Source of the DNA: Minisyncoccota bacterium
GTDB taxonomy: Bacteria; Patescibacteriota; Minisyncoccia; Phycocordibacterales; UBA9973
Assembly: GCA_041661005.1 (NCBI GenBank)
Contig: JBAZVG010000001.1
Location: 543,515-607,514 of the forward strand
Length of the DNA stretch: 64,000 nucleotides
Direction: 5' to 3'
Below are positions 8,338 through 18,369 of the stretch, one piece after another. The notes beneath the pieces were generated by a model. It searched no databases, was not told the origin of the DNA, and saw nothing but the letters and a program-made list of their open reading frames with translations. The first letter of the stretch is position 1. Every line of letters begins with the position of its first letter. Both the position numbers and the translations under genes were made by a program.

Positions 8338-8787
8338 TTAATTAACTTTTATTGGCTCACTAGATAGACTACATCCTGATTTAAAAACATAGCTATTTGA
8401 ACATGTAACTTGAATATACAAATCAGCTGAATTTTCTCCACTTAAAGGAACCCATGATTCTTGCTTATCGTTTGGAGTATTTGTCTCAATTGTTCTTACA
8501 AGCACAAATTGTCTTGGAGAATCTGAAACCTTTCTAATTAAATTTATATTAACTCCGGCATCAACTGGATAATTAGAAGTTTGCCAGTTAACAGTCTTTG
8601 TCCCAGCAAGTACAGCTACTGCCGGTGAAGTGACTAAAGTAACCGACTGGGTAGAAATTGTCGCTGGAGCAACTTCTTCAGGAGTTTTTTCAGTCTTGGA
8701 TGAAGTAAGAACCCAAAAAATAATACCTAAAACAATGATTACAAAAAGCGCGATATATTTATTTTTATTCATACTTTTATTATACAA
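8338..8787 (-). CDS. Hypothetical membrane-anchored or secreted protein
   Basis: 149-aa ORF with an N-terminal hydrophobic segment (IALFVIIVLGIIFWVL). No recognised domain. Confidence 0.5.
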   Translation of the reverse strand: MYNKSMNKNKYIALFVIIVLGIIFWVLTSSKTEKTPEEVAPATISTQSVTLVTSPAVAVLAGTKTVNWQTSNYPVDAGVNINLIRKVSDSPRQFVLVRTIETNTPNDKQESWVPLSGENSADLYIQVTCSNSYVFKSGCSLSSEPIKVN

Positions 8788-8885
8788 AGTTAATTAATAA
8801 ATTACCAACTCACTACCCCATAGTATATCACACTTATCATAAAAAGCAAGCTCCCCGTCCCCGAATTCTGACTCCAAGCGCAATG

Positions 8886-8912
8886 TATAGTTAAAAAAAG
8901 CCCCACAGACTG
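8886..8912 (-). terminator. Intrinsic terminator after pyrF
   Basis: Minus strand reads CCCCAGTCTGTGGGGC followed by TTTTTTT. Confidence 0.6.
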
Positions 8913-8914
8913 GG

Positions 8915-9733
8915 TTATTTATATTTATTTATCTCTTCCCAAAGTTTTCTTGCCTCATCTTTTGGATTTTCAGCAAAAATTATACTGCGAGCAGAATTTA
9001 TGATAAGTCCCAAACCCTCACTATTTAATCCAGCTTCAATAGCAGATCTTAAATCTCCCCCTTGAGCCCCGATTCCCGGGACAAGAAAAGTCATATCTGG
9101 AGCGAGATTGCGAATCTTTTTCATCTCTTCCGGATACGTCGCTCCCACTACCAGCATGCAATTTTTATTTTTATTCCATTCTTCCGAAACTTTCTCTGCG
9201 ACAATTTGCCAAAGCGGAACACTTTTGTTGGACACCGGGTGTCCAACATTTAGATCTTGAAACTCGGGAGCGCCCGGATTGGAAGTTCTACACAAAATAA
9301 TCGAACATTTGTCTTTTCTATCTAAAAACGGCTGTAAGGCCTCCTTCCCTAAATATGGATGCAAAGTGACAGCGTCAAAACCAAGCCAATCAAAAATCGA
9401 AGCTACATATCCGTTATTTGTATTTCCAATATCTGCCCGTTTGGCGTCTAAAATAGTGAAAATATCGGGATGATTGTCGATCAAATAATCCATTGTCATT
9501 TTCAATTCTTTTATCCCCTTGTCCCCACGAGCTTCATAAAAAGCGCTGTTTGGTTTATACGCAGATGCATATTCATGCGTTTCATTTATAATCCATTTAT
9601 TAAATTCAAACTGTGGGAATTCTAATTTCTTAAATTTTTCAGGAATTTTAGCAAAATCCGCATCCAACCCAACACAAAGAAGTGAATCAATTTTCTTGGC
9701 TCTTTCGTTGTATTTGTTTATTATCTGACTCAT
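8915..9733 (-). CDS. pyrF: Orotidine 5'-phosphate decarboxylase (long, type-2 form)
   Basis: 272 aa with LCVGLDAD...ILDAKRADIGNT... (the catalytic Asp-x-Lys-x-x-Asp motif of OMP decarboxylase). Last gene of the pyr operon. Confidence 0.85.
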   Translation of the reverse strand: MSQIINKYNERAKKIDSLLCVGLDADFAKIPEKFKKLEFPQFEFNKWIINETHEYASAYKPNSAFYEARGDKGIKELKMTMDYLIDNHPDIFTILDAKRADIGNTNNGYVASIFDWLGFDAVTLHPYLGKEALQPFLDRKDKCSIILCRTSNPGAPEFQDLNVGHPVSNKSVPLWQIVAEKVSEEWNKNKNCMLVVGATYPEEMKKIRNLAPDMTFLVPGIGAQGGDLRSAIEAGLNSEGLGLIINSARSIIFAENPKDEARKLWEEINKYK

Positions 9734-9734
9734 A

Positions 9735-10358
9735 TTATTTAATCACATGCTTCAAAATCCAATCTTCCACAATCTTTAATCCGTCTGTGTTCAAGATTTT
9801 TTGTCTTTTTGCTTCTTCCAAAATAACAGGAAAGGATGTGAGTGTATGCAAACGAACCTTGGCTTTTTCAAACCCTTCTCTTGCTTCATCAAAACCATAA
9901 CTTAGAATGACTAAACAGTCATCGACAATTGCACCTTCAGCCCTTAAAGCGGAAACACCCGCAAGAGAACTGCATCCAGCGCTAACGACATCCTCAATAA
10001 GCAAAACCCTTTTTCCAGCGACATCACCCCCTTCAATCTTTTTTTTAGTTCCATGATCCTTCACTTGTTTTCTCACAAAAACTGACGGCACTTTCAAAAA
10101 AAATCCCAACCCGGCGCTGTGTGGTATACCAGCCGCTTCCACTCCGGCAATAATATCAAAATTTATGTTATCTCTCTCGATAATTTCCGCAAAACTTCGG
10201 ATAACACTCTCCCACTCTTTAGGATGAAAGGGAAATTTTCTATTATCCACATAAACCGGAGATTTAATTCCCGACTTAAATGTTACCGGGTCGTTTACAA
10301 CAAAGCTCACTGCGCCAATTTTTATAAGCGCTTGGGCAATTTTTTGTTCTATATTCAT
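9735..10358 (-). CDS. pyrE: Orotate phosphoribosyltransferase
   Basis: 207 aa with the PRPP-binding motif KRVLLIEDVVSAG, type I PRTase. Confidence 0.9.
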   Translation of the reverse strand: MNIEQKIAQALIKIGAVSFVVNDPVTFKSGIKSPVYVDNRKFPFHPKEWESVIRSFAEIIERDNINFDIIAGVEAAGIPHSAGLGFFLKVPSVFVRKQVKDHGTKKKIEGGDVAGKRVLLIEDVVSAGCSSLAGVSALRAEGAIVDDCLVILSYGFDEAREGFEKAKVRLHTLTSFPVILEEAKRQKILNTDGLKIVEDWILKHVIK

Positions 10359-10390
10359 ATCTTTATCTTAGCTCTCCTTCGCTGAAAAAG

Positions 10391-11476
10391 CTACGAACGG
10401 GCAAGCCTTTCCTTTATCTCTCTTGCAAGATATGGATTCCACATTGCCCCTGTGGCAGACATTACAATATCCGCCCCAGCATTTCTGTATTCAAAAAAAT
10501 CTTCTGGCGTAGCGACTCCACCGACCCCAATAATAGTATAATTTAAACCCAATTCGTCGCGTAATTTTTTTAACCTTTTCGCCATATCAAGCCCCGCCCA
10601 TTTTATAGCATGCCCACAAACCCCGCTTCTTGATCTCGCATCGCCCGGCAGAGCCTGTTTGCCGTTTTCATCAACAATTTCCGCGGAAATCGTATTGATA
10701 GCGGAAATGCCTTGCACCAAAGATCCAACCTCTTTAATAAAACTTCGCAACTTTTCTTCATCTTGGAAGAATGAAATTTTAATAACAAGAGGGACGTCTT
10801 TTATTTCATCTTTTATAGCTCTTGCAACCTTGACGCTGCGCTCTGTATCGTAACAAAGTAAATTATTTGTTCCTTCGTTTGGGCAACTCAGATTTACCTC
10901 CATCACTTTTACGCCTGTATCCCTAAGCAATCGGGCCGTCAAAACAAAATCATTTATGTATTCTTCGGCGCTTTGTCCCTCCTTTTTTGTTCCCTGAAAA
11001 CTTCCTACCACGATCTGACCAAGGCGAGCATTTTTGACAACTCTTGCTAGATCTTTCTGCCAAAATTCTGGATCAGTTGACGGCACGCCAAAAGAATTGG
11101 TGATAGAAAGAGGTTCATGATAATTTCTGTTCGCCTCTAATTTACTTTCAGCTTTTTTAAAAGTTAAATCTCCATCAATCTTTACGGACAAAACATTCGG
11201 CCACTCGTGACAAGGATATTTACTGCTCCGCACCGTTTTATAAGTCACAATGTCAAAACCTTTATCTAACGCTGCCTGAACAAAGTTGCCATTGATAAGT
11301 GGACCAGCCGGAATGCCAAAAGGTGAATCTACTTTAAAACCAAAAAAATTATACTTGCCATTTTCAGTAAGGACTCCCCTTGCTGAAGTTGCTGAAATTG
11401 CAAAGGCGCCAAAAGGACCATCTTTAAAATTTTCCTCGTAGGATTTTTCTGGATCGTAAAATGGGAAGTGAGGCAT
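10391..11476 (-). CDS. pyrD: Dihydroorotate dehydrogenase
   Basis: 361 aa TIM-barrel flavoenzyme with FGIPAGPL and NLSCPN motifs. Confidence 0.85.
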   Translation of the reverse strand: MPHFPFYDPEKSYEENFKDGPFGAFAISATSARGVLTENGKYNFFGFKVDSPFGIPAGPLINGNFVQAALDKGFDIVTYKTVRSSKYPCHEWPNVLSVKIDGDLTFKKAESKLEANRNYHEPLSITNSFGVPSTDPEFWQKDLARVVKNARLGQIVVGSFQGTKKEGQSAEEYINDFVLTARLLRDTGVKVMEVNLSCPNEGTNNLLCYDTERSVKVARAIKDEIKDVPLVIKISFFQDEEKLRSFIKEVGSLVQGISAINTISAEIVDENGKQALPGDARSRSGVCGHAIKWAGLDMAKRLKKLRDELGLNYTIIGVGGVATPEDFFEYRNAGADIVMSATGAMWNPYLAREIKERLARS

Positions 11477-11481
11477 AGTTT

Positions 11482-12399
11482 CTATAAATTGAGACTAAAA
11501 AGTAATACCGCCATTCGAATGTATAAACCATTTTGTGCCTGACGAAAGTAGGCTGCGCGAGAATCTAGATCAATTGCTGAATCAACTTCATTTACCCTTG
11601 GTAAGGGATGCATGATGATCGCCTCTTTCTTTAATCTTTTTAAATGTTTTGTTTTTAGTAAAAAAGCATCTTTAACTTTATTGTAATCCTCAATATTTGA
11701 GAACCGTTCTTTCTGCACTCGTGTCATATACAAAACATCTATATCTGGTATTATTTTTTCTAGATTATCCATTTCTAAAAAAGAAACTTTTTTATTACGT
11801 AAATATTCTCGATATTCTTCTGGCAAAACTAATTCTTTCGGAGAAACAAAATAAAATTTATTGTCTGGATATAGCATCAAAAGCGGGACAAGCGAACGAA
11901 GCGTTCTGCTGTTTAACACATCACCCACAAAGGCAATGGAAATATTATCCAATCTTCCATGTTCTTTTTTTATAGTGTAAAGATCAAGAAATCCCTGGGT
12001 CGGATGCTGGTTAGCGCCGTCTCCAGCATTTATTATTGGCTTAGTTGAGACTTTCGAAGCAGTCTCCGCCGCTCCCATCTTCGGATGACGCATGACGATA
12101 AGGTCGGCGTAACAATTGAGCATTTTTGTCGTATCCTCAACCGTTTCACCTTTATAAGCAGAAGAACTGGAAGACGCGTTCTCAACAGAAATCACACTGG
12201 CTCCGAGTTTGATCGCCGCTGTTTCAAAAGACAATCGAGTGCGGGTGGATGGTTCAAAAAAAATAGAAGCTACAATTTTATTTTCTAGTTGTTTGCCATT
12301 TTTACCGCTTTTACAAAGCTTTTCCATCTTTGAAGCGACCGACAAAATCTTTTCAACATCTTTCTTCTCAAATTGTTTTGTATCCAAAATGTGTCGCAT
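11482..12399 (-). CDS. pyrB: Aspartate carbamoyltransferase catalytic subunit
   Basis: 305 aa with STRTR, HPTQ and HPLP motifs. Confidence 0.9.
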   Translation of the reverse strand: MRHILDTKQFEKKDVEKILSVASKMEKLCKSGKNGKQLENKIVASIFFEPSTRTRLSFETAAIKLGASVISVENASSSSSAYKGETVEDTTKMLNCYADLIVMRHPKMGAAETASKVSTKPIINAGDGANQHPTQGFLDLYTIKKEHGRLDNISIAFVGDVLNSRTLRSLVPLLMLYPDNKFYFVSPKELVLPEEYREYLRNKKVSFLEMDNLEKIIPDIDVLYMTRVQKERFSNIEDYNKVKDAFLLKTKHLKRLKKEAIIMHPLPRVNEVDSAIDLDSRAAYFRQAQNGLYIRMAVLLFSLNL

Positions 12400-12405
12400 A
12401 TAATT

Positions 12406-15400
12406 TTAATTATTGAGATACTCCCTATATGATTTAATTTCTAAATCCGAGATCACATAGCGCGCCAATGCTTTGATAAATGCTCGCGCCAGATGCAAAT
12501 CAGTAAATAAAGGAATTTGATTATCGACCGTAGCCCTTCTGATACGAAAACCATCCGTGATGGTTTTCGCCAAAATTCCACTTTCGTCCTCTTTATTTAA
12601 ATTTATCACAAAAGCCACTTGCTTGCTAAGAATTGCATCGAGAACATTCGGAGATTGCTCGGACGCTTTCCTGACAATTATACAATCTACATTCTTATTT
12701 TTCAAAAACTCTCCGGTCGTATCGGTAGCCAAAATCTTATAATCAAGTTCTATCAACATTCGCGTTGCTTCTAAAAATTTTGCCTTATTCAAGTCTCCTC
12801 CAAGGGAAAGAAGAACAGTTTTCCTATTGAAATCAAATTTGTTGGCGCTTAAAATCGACTTTAGCAAGGCTTCATCATAATCTTTGCCAAAACAAGCCAC
12901 TTCCCCAGTCGAAGACATTTCTACCCGCAAAATAGGATCCGCGCCTGAAAGTCTGGCAAATGAAAATTGTGGCGACTTCACTATTACATTCTCTGGATAT
13001 GTAAATTTATGCATCTTGGCCACGCCCAAAAATGCGTCCACTGCAACTTCAGAAAAATTAACATCCATAGCCTTTGATAACAATGGAAAAGTTCGACTAG
13101 CGCGTAGATTCACTTCGATCACAGATGGGTGATTATCTTTTACTAAAAATTGGATATTGAAAGGTCCGGTGATATTGAGTTCTTTGGCTATTTTTTTAGA
13201 AATTTCACGCAGTTGAAATTCAGTGGAAGCGTAGACGCGCTGAGTTGGAAAAACTATCGTAGCATCGCCTGAATGGACGCCAGCATTTTCCACATGTTCA
13301 GAAATTCCGTAAATCATAATTTCTCCCCCTTGCGCAACCGCATCAAATTCAAGCTCTTTGGCATGTTCTATATATTGAGAAATAGTAACTGGATATCCGG
13401 GAGAAAGTCTGGAGGCTTTCATAATAAAATCCCGCAATTGGCGCTTGTCATAACATACGCTCATAGCAGAACCGGAAAGCACATAAGAAGGTCGCACCAA
13501 AACCGGAAAACCTGTTTTGTCTGTAAATTTGAGAGCTTGAGACATGTTGGTAAAACTCTGCCATCTCGGCTGGGCAATTTGAAGCTTATCTAAAAGCGCT
13601 GAAAAAAGATTGCGATCCTCAGCTTGATTAATATCGAAAGCTTTAGTGCCTAGAATATGAAAACCTTCTTTGGAAAGTTTTTGAGCCAGATTGTTTGGAC
13701 GCTGTCCGCCCACGGAGATGACAAGCCCGTAAGCATTTTCAAATTCAAAAATATCAGCCACAGTTTCAAAAGACAAGTCTTCAAAGTAGAGACGGTCGGA
13801 CATGTCATAATCAGTGGAGACAGTTTCCGGATTGCAGTTTATGATTATAGATTTTTTCTGATGTCGTTTAAATGCCATCGCCGCGTGCACACAAGACCAG
13901 TCAAATTCAACGCTGGAACCTATATGATACGAACCGCTCCCGAGCACCAAAACGGCATCTTTGCCAAATGCGGAAACGTCATTATAATTTGCATGATAAG
14001 TGAGATAAAGATAATTAGTTTTCGCCGGAAATTCTCCAGCCAAAGTATCAATGGCCAGGACTCTTGGTAAAATATTCAGACTTTTTCTTAATTTTCTTAT
14101 TTCTAATTCCTCCTTTCCACAAAGCGCGCCTATTTTTTTGTCGGAAAAGCCGGCTTGCTTTAATTCTAAGACTTTTTCTCTATTTAATTTTTTATTTTTT
14201 GAAAAAGCTTTTTCCATACGAACTATGTTTTCCAATCTAAACAAGAACCACGGATCAATGCCTGTGATTTTATAGATCGAAGCCACAGATGCGCCTTTTT
14301 TCATGGTTTCAGCAATGGCAAATAATCTCTTTGGAGTCGGAATCGATAAAAATTTTTTTAATTCTTTTCCATTTTTGAAACCATTATCAGTCACCCCTCC
14401 CGCTAGTCCGGACTGCATGCGCACTGCTTTTTGGATAGCTTCTTCAAAACTTCGGCCAATAGCCATGACCTCTCCCACCGACTTCATTGCGCTACCAATT
14501 TTTTCTTCCGCGCCCTTAAATTTTTCCAAATCCCATCTGGGCATCTTTACGACTACATAATCGAGCGCCGGCTCAAAAAAACTCTGAGTAACTTTGGTTA
14601 TTTTATTTTTGATTTCTAGCAAGCTGTGTCCGAGCGCAAGTTTTGCCGCTACATACGCGAGCGGATAACCAGTTGCCTTTGAAGCTAGCGCGCTCGAACG
14701 GGAAAGCCGAGCGTTAACTTCGATAACAAAAAAATCTAGCCCCTCACCCCCTCCTCCCCCTCTCCCCGAAGGAGAGGGGGACGGATTTAAGGCATATTGC
14801 ACATTGCACTCTCCGACAATTTTTAGACTCTCAACTATTTTTATGCTTGCCTCTCGCAGTCCGTGATATTCACTATTTGATAAAGTCTGACTCGGTGCCA
14901 CCACAATAGAGTCACCAGTATGGATTCCCAGCGGATCAAAATTTTCCATGTTGCATACTGTAACAATATTTCCAAATCTGTCTCGGACTACTTCATACTC
15001 TATTTCCTTAAAATGATGCAAATATTTTTCTATTAGAACTTGGGGGCTGACAGCTAACGCTCCTTCTACTATTTCCCTTAGATCTCGTTCGTTTTTCGCA
15101 ACACCTGATTTCTGCCCACCCAATGTGAAAGCTGCCCGCACCATTAGCGGGAATCCGATTTCTTTCGCAATTTTTTTCGCCTCTTTCAAATTCGTGGCAG
15201 AGCCAGAAGGTGGCACCGGAATTCCGATTTTTTTTAAATGATCGGCGAAAAACTGACGATCTTCGGTCAATTCAATAGAAGAAATAGGAGAACCAAGAAC
15301 TTGCACATTATATTTTTTCAAAATTCCTTTCTTCTCCAAACTAAGTCCGCAATTTAGCGCTGTCTGTCCGCCAAAAGACAGCATGATTCCGTCCGGGTGT

Positions 15401-15648
15401 TCTTTGATTATGACTTTCTCAACAAAATAATCATTGATTGGCAAAAAATAAACTTCATCGGCTAAGGTTTTGGAAGTTTGAAAAGTTGCAATATTTGGAT
15501 TCACCAAAATGACTTTAATTTTTTCTTCTTTCAGGGCTTTGATGGCCTGACTGCCACTATAATCAAATTCCCCCGCTTCACCTATTTTCAACGCTCCGGA
15601 ACCCAAGACCAATATTTTTCTGAATTTATTTTTATTAATTTTTGTCAT
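12406..15648 (-). CDS. carB: Carbamoyl-phosphate synthase large subunit
   Basis: 1080 aa with duplicated ATP-grasp halves and an MGS-like C-terminus. Carries an in-frame low-complexity insertion (SPSPSPSGRGGGGGEG) encoded by a GC-rich palindrome at ~14748-14790. Confidence 0.95.
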   Translation of the reverse strand: MTKINKNKFRKILVLGSGALKIGEAGEFDYSGSQAIKALKEEKIKVILVNPNIATFQTSKTLADEVYFLPINDYFVEKVIIKEHPDGIMLSFGGQTALNCGLSLEKKGILKKYNVQVLGSPISSIELTEDRQFFADHLKKIGIPVPPSGSATNLKEAKKIAKEIGFPLMVRAAFTLGGQKSGVAKNERDLREIVEGALAVSPQVLIEKYLHHFKEIEYEVVRDRFGNIVTVCNMENFDPLGIHTGDSIVVAPSQTLSNSEYHGLREASIKIVESLKIVGECNVQYALNPSPSPSGRGGGGGEGLDFFVIEVNARLSRSSALASKATGYPLAYVAAKLALGHSLLEIKNKITKVTQSFFEPALDYVVVKMPRWDLEKFKGAEEKIGSAMKSVGEVMAIGRSFEEAIQKAVRMQSGLAGGVTDNGFKNGKELKKFLSIPTPKRLFAIAETMKKGASVASIYKITGIDPWFLFRLENIVRMEKAFSKNKKLNREKVLELKQAGFSDKKIGALCGKEELEIRKLRKSLNILPRVLAIDTLAGEFPAKTNYLYLTYHANYNDVSAFGKDAVLVLGSGSYHIGSSVEFDWSCVHAAMAFKRHQKKSIIINCNPETVSTDYDMSDRLYFEDLSFETVADIFEFENAYGLVISVGGQRPNNLAQKLSKEGFHILGTKAFDINQAEDRNLFSALLDKLQIAQPRWQSFTNMSQALKFTDKTGFPVLVRPSYVLSGSAMSVCYDKRQLRDFIMKASRLSPGYPVTISQYIEHAKELEFDAVAQGGEIMIYGISEHVENAGVHSGDATIVFPTQRVYASTEFQLREISKKIAKELNITGPFNIQFLVKDNHPSVIEVNLRASRTFPLLSKAMDVNFSEVAVDAFLGVAKMHKFTYPENVIVKSPQFSFARLSGADPILRVEMSSTGEVACFGKDYDEALLKSILSANKFDFNRKTVLLSLGGDLNKAKFLEATRMLIELDYKILATDTTGEFLKNKNVDCIIVRKASEQSPNVLDAILSKQVAFVINLNKEDESGILAKTITDGFRIRRATVDNQIPLFTDLHLARAFIKALARYVISDLEIKSYREYLNN

Positions 15649-16726
15649 ATTCTTTATTTGTTTTTATCCCCGCCTTTTTTAAGAAAAAATCAAATATCCA
15701 GCCCGTATCAAGGGGTCCCGGAGAACTCTCTGGATGAAATTGCACCGACATGAAAGGCAAGCTTTTGTGAATAATTCCTTCATTGGTGCCATCATTCGCA
15801 TTGTGAAACCATTCTTGGAAACCTTCTGGGATTTTCTTGATCGCAAAACCATGATTTTGAGTTGAAAGATATGCTCGCTTGGCGCCGATTTCCATAACTG
15901 GCTGATTTTGACTGCGATGCCCAAATTTAAGCTTGTAAGTGGTGCCACCAGACGCCAATGCCAAGATTTGATTGCCCAAGCAAATGCCAAAAATCGGAAT
16001 TTTTCTATCAATAATTTTCTTTACATTTTTTATAGTTGCCTGCGCCATAGTCGGGTCACCCGGACCGCTGGAAATAACTACAGCATCAAAAACGCTATCA
16101 AGTTTGGTGACATCTGTATCCCAAGGCACCACAACAACTTTCAATCCCCTCCAAACGAGACTGCGAATTATGTTTAGCTTCACTCCGCAATCTATCAATA
16201 CAATCGTATTTTCACCAACACCGCTCGTCCATATTTTTTTTGTGGAAACTTCAGCCACCAGATTTCTCAAGTTCGGATCTTCGAATGAGACAATCTCATT
16301 TTTATTTTTTTCCTGAAACTGAATTTTCCCTAGCATCACACCTTCGGTCCGCAGTTTCTTGGTCAATTCACGAGTATCTTTAACCTCTAGCGCTGGAATA
16401 TTTTGTTCCTTGAGCCATTTGGATAGAGTCATCGTCGAAGAATGATGAGACGGCGTATCAATATAATTACATACTATGAGACCAGATATTTGTATCTTGC
16501 CGGACTCCCACAATTCCTTTTTAGGAACACCATAATTCCCAATAAGCGGATAAGTCATTATCAAAATCTGACCAGCAAAAGAAGGATCGGTAATGGCCTC
16601 CGGATAACCCACCATGCCAGTCGCAAAAACAACTTCGCCAGAAATAGATTTTTCCGCACCAAAACTTTTACCCTCATAAGAGCTTCCGTCTTTTAATACT
16701 AATTGGGCTGTTTTATTTGTTTTCAT
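15635..16726 (-). CDS. carA: Carbamoyl-phosphate synthase small (glutaminase) subunit
   Basis: 363 aa, class I glutamine amidotransferase (GICLGNQ...HGFA). Overlaps carB by 14 nt. Confidence 0.9.
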   Translation of the reverse strand: MKTNKTAQLVLKDGSSYEGKSFGAEKSISGEVVFATGMVGYPEAITDPSFAGQILIMTYPLIGNYGVPKKELWESGKIQISGLIVCNYIDTPSHHSSTMTLSKWLKEQNIPALEVKDTRELTKKLRTEGVMLGKIQFQEKNKNEIVSFEDPNLRNLVAEVSTKKIWTSGVGENTIVLIDCGVKLNIIRSLVWRGLKVVVVPWDTDVTKLDSVFDAVVISSGPGDPTMAQATIKNVKKIIDRKIPIFGICLGNQILALASGGTTYKLKFGHRSQNQPVMEIGAKRAYLSTQNHGFAIKKIPEGFQEWFHNANDGTNEGIIHKSLPFMSVQFHPESSPGPLDTGWIFDFFLKKAGIKTNKEYDKN

Positions 16727-17942
16727 ATACTTTACCTTTAATAACAGTCATAACTACACTACCCGGAAAGGTCACATTTAAAAATGGCGACTGGCGCGAT
16801 TTGGTTTTTAGTTCTTTTTCCATTATTTTTACTTGCTTATCCATATCCAAGACAGTAAAAGAACCAACATATCCTTTTTCTATTCTGCCGTATTTATCTG
16901 GGGTAAATTTATTGATAAAATTCCCAGGATTGTAACTGCAAACCCTTGCGATGTTTTCGGGAATAAAATTGTGTTCTTTCATCAACCATGCAACAAATGG
17001 ACCGTAAGTATCGAGATGCGTGAGCCCAGAAATGCCTTTTTCTTTTTCCTCAATAGTGTGCGGAGCATGATCTGTCGCCAGATAATCTATGTCACCATTC
17101 TTAAGCGCGGCAATCATGCTGAGACGATTACTCTTTGTCTGACGTATAGGCGGATTCACTTGAAAGTTTCTCTTGTTCTTGGGAAGCATGGTCTCGTCAA
17201 AAAATAAGTGATGAGGCGTCACCTCGACAGTCACATTTATTCCACGTTTTTTTGCATTTATTATTTTATTTATCCCCTCTAAGGTAGAACAATGGCAAAT
17301 CTTCCCAGTGAGGTTATATTTTTCAATGAGTTTCAAGGCAAAATCCACGGCGGAAATTTCGGCCTCAGGTGGACGCCTTGCTTCATGCACATCTCTGTCT
17401 GCATTTTCTTTTAAAATTTCAGGATCTTCACAATGAAAACTTACGTGCTGATTTTTATATTTCTCTAAAGCCTTTTCCAACTCTTCATTCGAAGTAAAAA
17501 ATAAATCTCCAACAGATTGTCCCATAAAAACTTTGTAAGGAACTATTTTGGAGAGGGGTTTTGTGCTTGGCCCAATGCCAGCATAAAGAATTATGGTAAC
17601 AGGAGACTTTTCTGTTAAATCACTTTTTGTTTTAAAACTTGCATCATCTATCGGTGGCACCGGATTATTCGGCATCTCTGCAAAAGCGACCACTCCACCA
17701 TTTATCGCCGCCTCGCCTGCGCTCTTGAAATCTTCCTTATAATCCTGTGTATGACCTGCATCTTCCCTCGCATGCACATGCAAATCTATAAATCCCGGGA
17801 AAATTAATTCATCTTTAAAAATAAAATCCGCAGTCCCAGTAGGTTCGCTAACTTTTAAAATCAATCCGCTTGCTTCATCTATCTCGATTCTACCTCGCGA
17901 GACTTTATCCTTATCCACAATGTTGCCTTCAATGCTAATCAT
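16713..17942 (-). CDS. pyrC: Dihydroorotase
   Basis: 409 aa amidohydrolase with DLHVHAR... metal-binding motif. First gene of the pyr operon. Overlaps carA by 14 nt. Confidence 0.85.
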   Translation of the reverse strand: MISIEGNIVDKDKVSRGRIEIDEASGLILKVSEPTGTADFIFKDELIFPGFIDLHVHAREDAGHTQDYKEDFKSAGEAAINGGVVAFAEMPNNPVPPIDDASFKTKSDLTEKSPVTIILYAGIGPSTKPLSKIVPYKVFMGQSVGDLFFTSNEELEKALEKYKNQHVSFHCEDPEILKENADRDVHEARRPPEAEISAVDFALKLIEKYNLTGKICHCSTLEGINKIINAKKRGINVTVEVTPHHLFFDETMLPKNKRNFQVNPPIRQTKSNRLSMIAALKNGDIDYLATDHAPHTIEEKEKGISGLTHLDTYGPFVAWLMKEHNFIPENIARVCSYNPGNFINKFTPDKYGRIEKGYVGSFTVLDMDKQVKIMEKELKTKSRQSPFLNVTFPGSVVMTVIKGKVYENK

Positions 17943-18075
17943 ATATTTGGGCCAGCCTCGCCGCCCGCTTCACCGAATCGAGGCGAGAGTCTAGGCGGGC
18001 AAAAAAATAACCCCGTGATAGGGGCTTTTATAAAAGAAGAGGTGACAGAAATACAAAAAAGTTTTGGGGTATTGC
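17943..18075 (-). promoter_or_regulatory. GC-rich structured 5' leader of the pyr operon (candidate attenuator or translational switch)
   Basis: Minus strand reads AAAAGCCCCUAUCACGGGGUUAUUUUUUU (hairpin plus U-tract), then GCCCGCC..CUCGCC..GCGGGC..GGCGAGG. These are two mutually exclusive helices, and the second overlaps the presumed SD (GGCGAGG) 16 nt before the ATG. Confidence 0.4.
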
Positions 18076-18369
18076 AAGTATAAAAATTTTTTTTCATGTC
18101 ACGCATATTGAGAGAAATGATATCATCTCCTAGAAAAGAAGCAAGTTTCTCGACAGTGGAGTAAGTGGACAAACTTTTTTGTTTAATTTAGAAAAATAAG
18201 AAAGTGCGCCAAGCTCGGAAGCTCGACGCACGATGCTGGCTCGGGGTAATCTTACGGACGAACGCAAGATCACCTTGATATAGGAAAACCTCCTTAAAAG
18301 CCAGCACACAAAGTGTATCATATCCAATGACCTTATCAACTACTTCCTCGCCGTAATAATAGGAAACAT

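Noticed and set aside
12557-16316. Numerous 60-130-aa ORFs antisense to carB, carA, fusA, pilM and others in the six-frame track
   Set aside because: They are embedded in the opposite strand of long, confidently assigned genes, and are mostly low-complexity or hydrophobic. They are treated as shadow ORFs.
17943-18075. PyrR-type binding loop in the pyr leader
   Set aside because: The conserved PyrR anti-antiterminator loop (UCCAGAGAGGCU) is not present. Only a partial GAGGCU resemblance was found. No pyrR gene is in the window.
17939-18339. 77-aa and 69-aa minus-strand ORFs upstream of pyrC
   Set aside because: They overlap the GC-rich pyr leader and each other, have no RBS and no recognisable domain. 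They are more plausibly non-coding leader or intergenic sequence.
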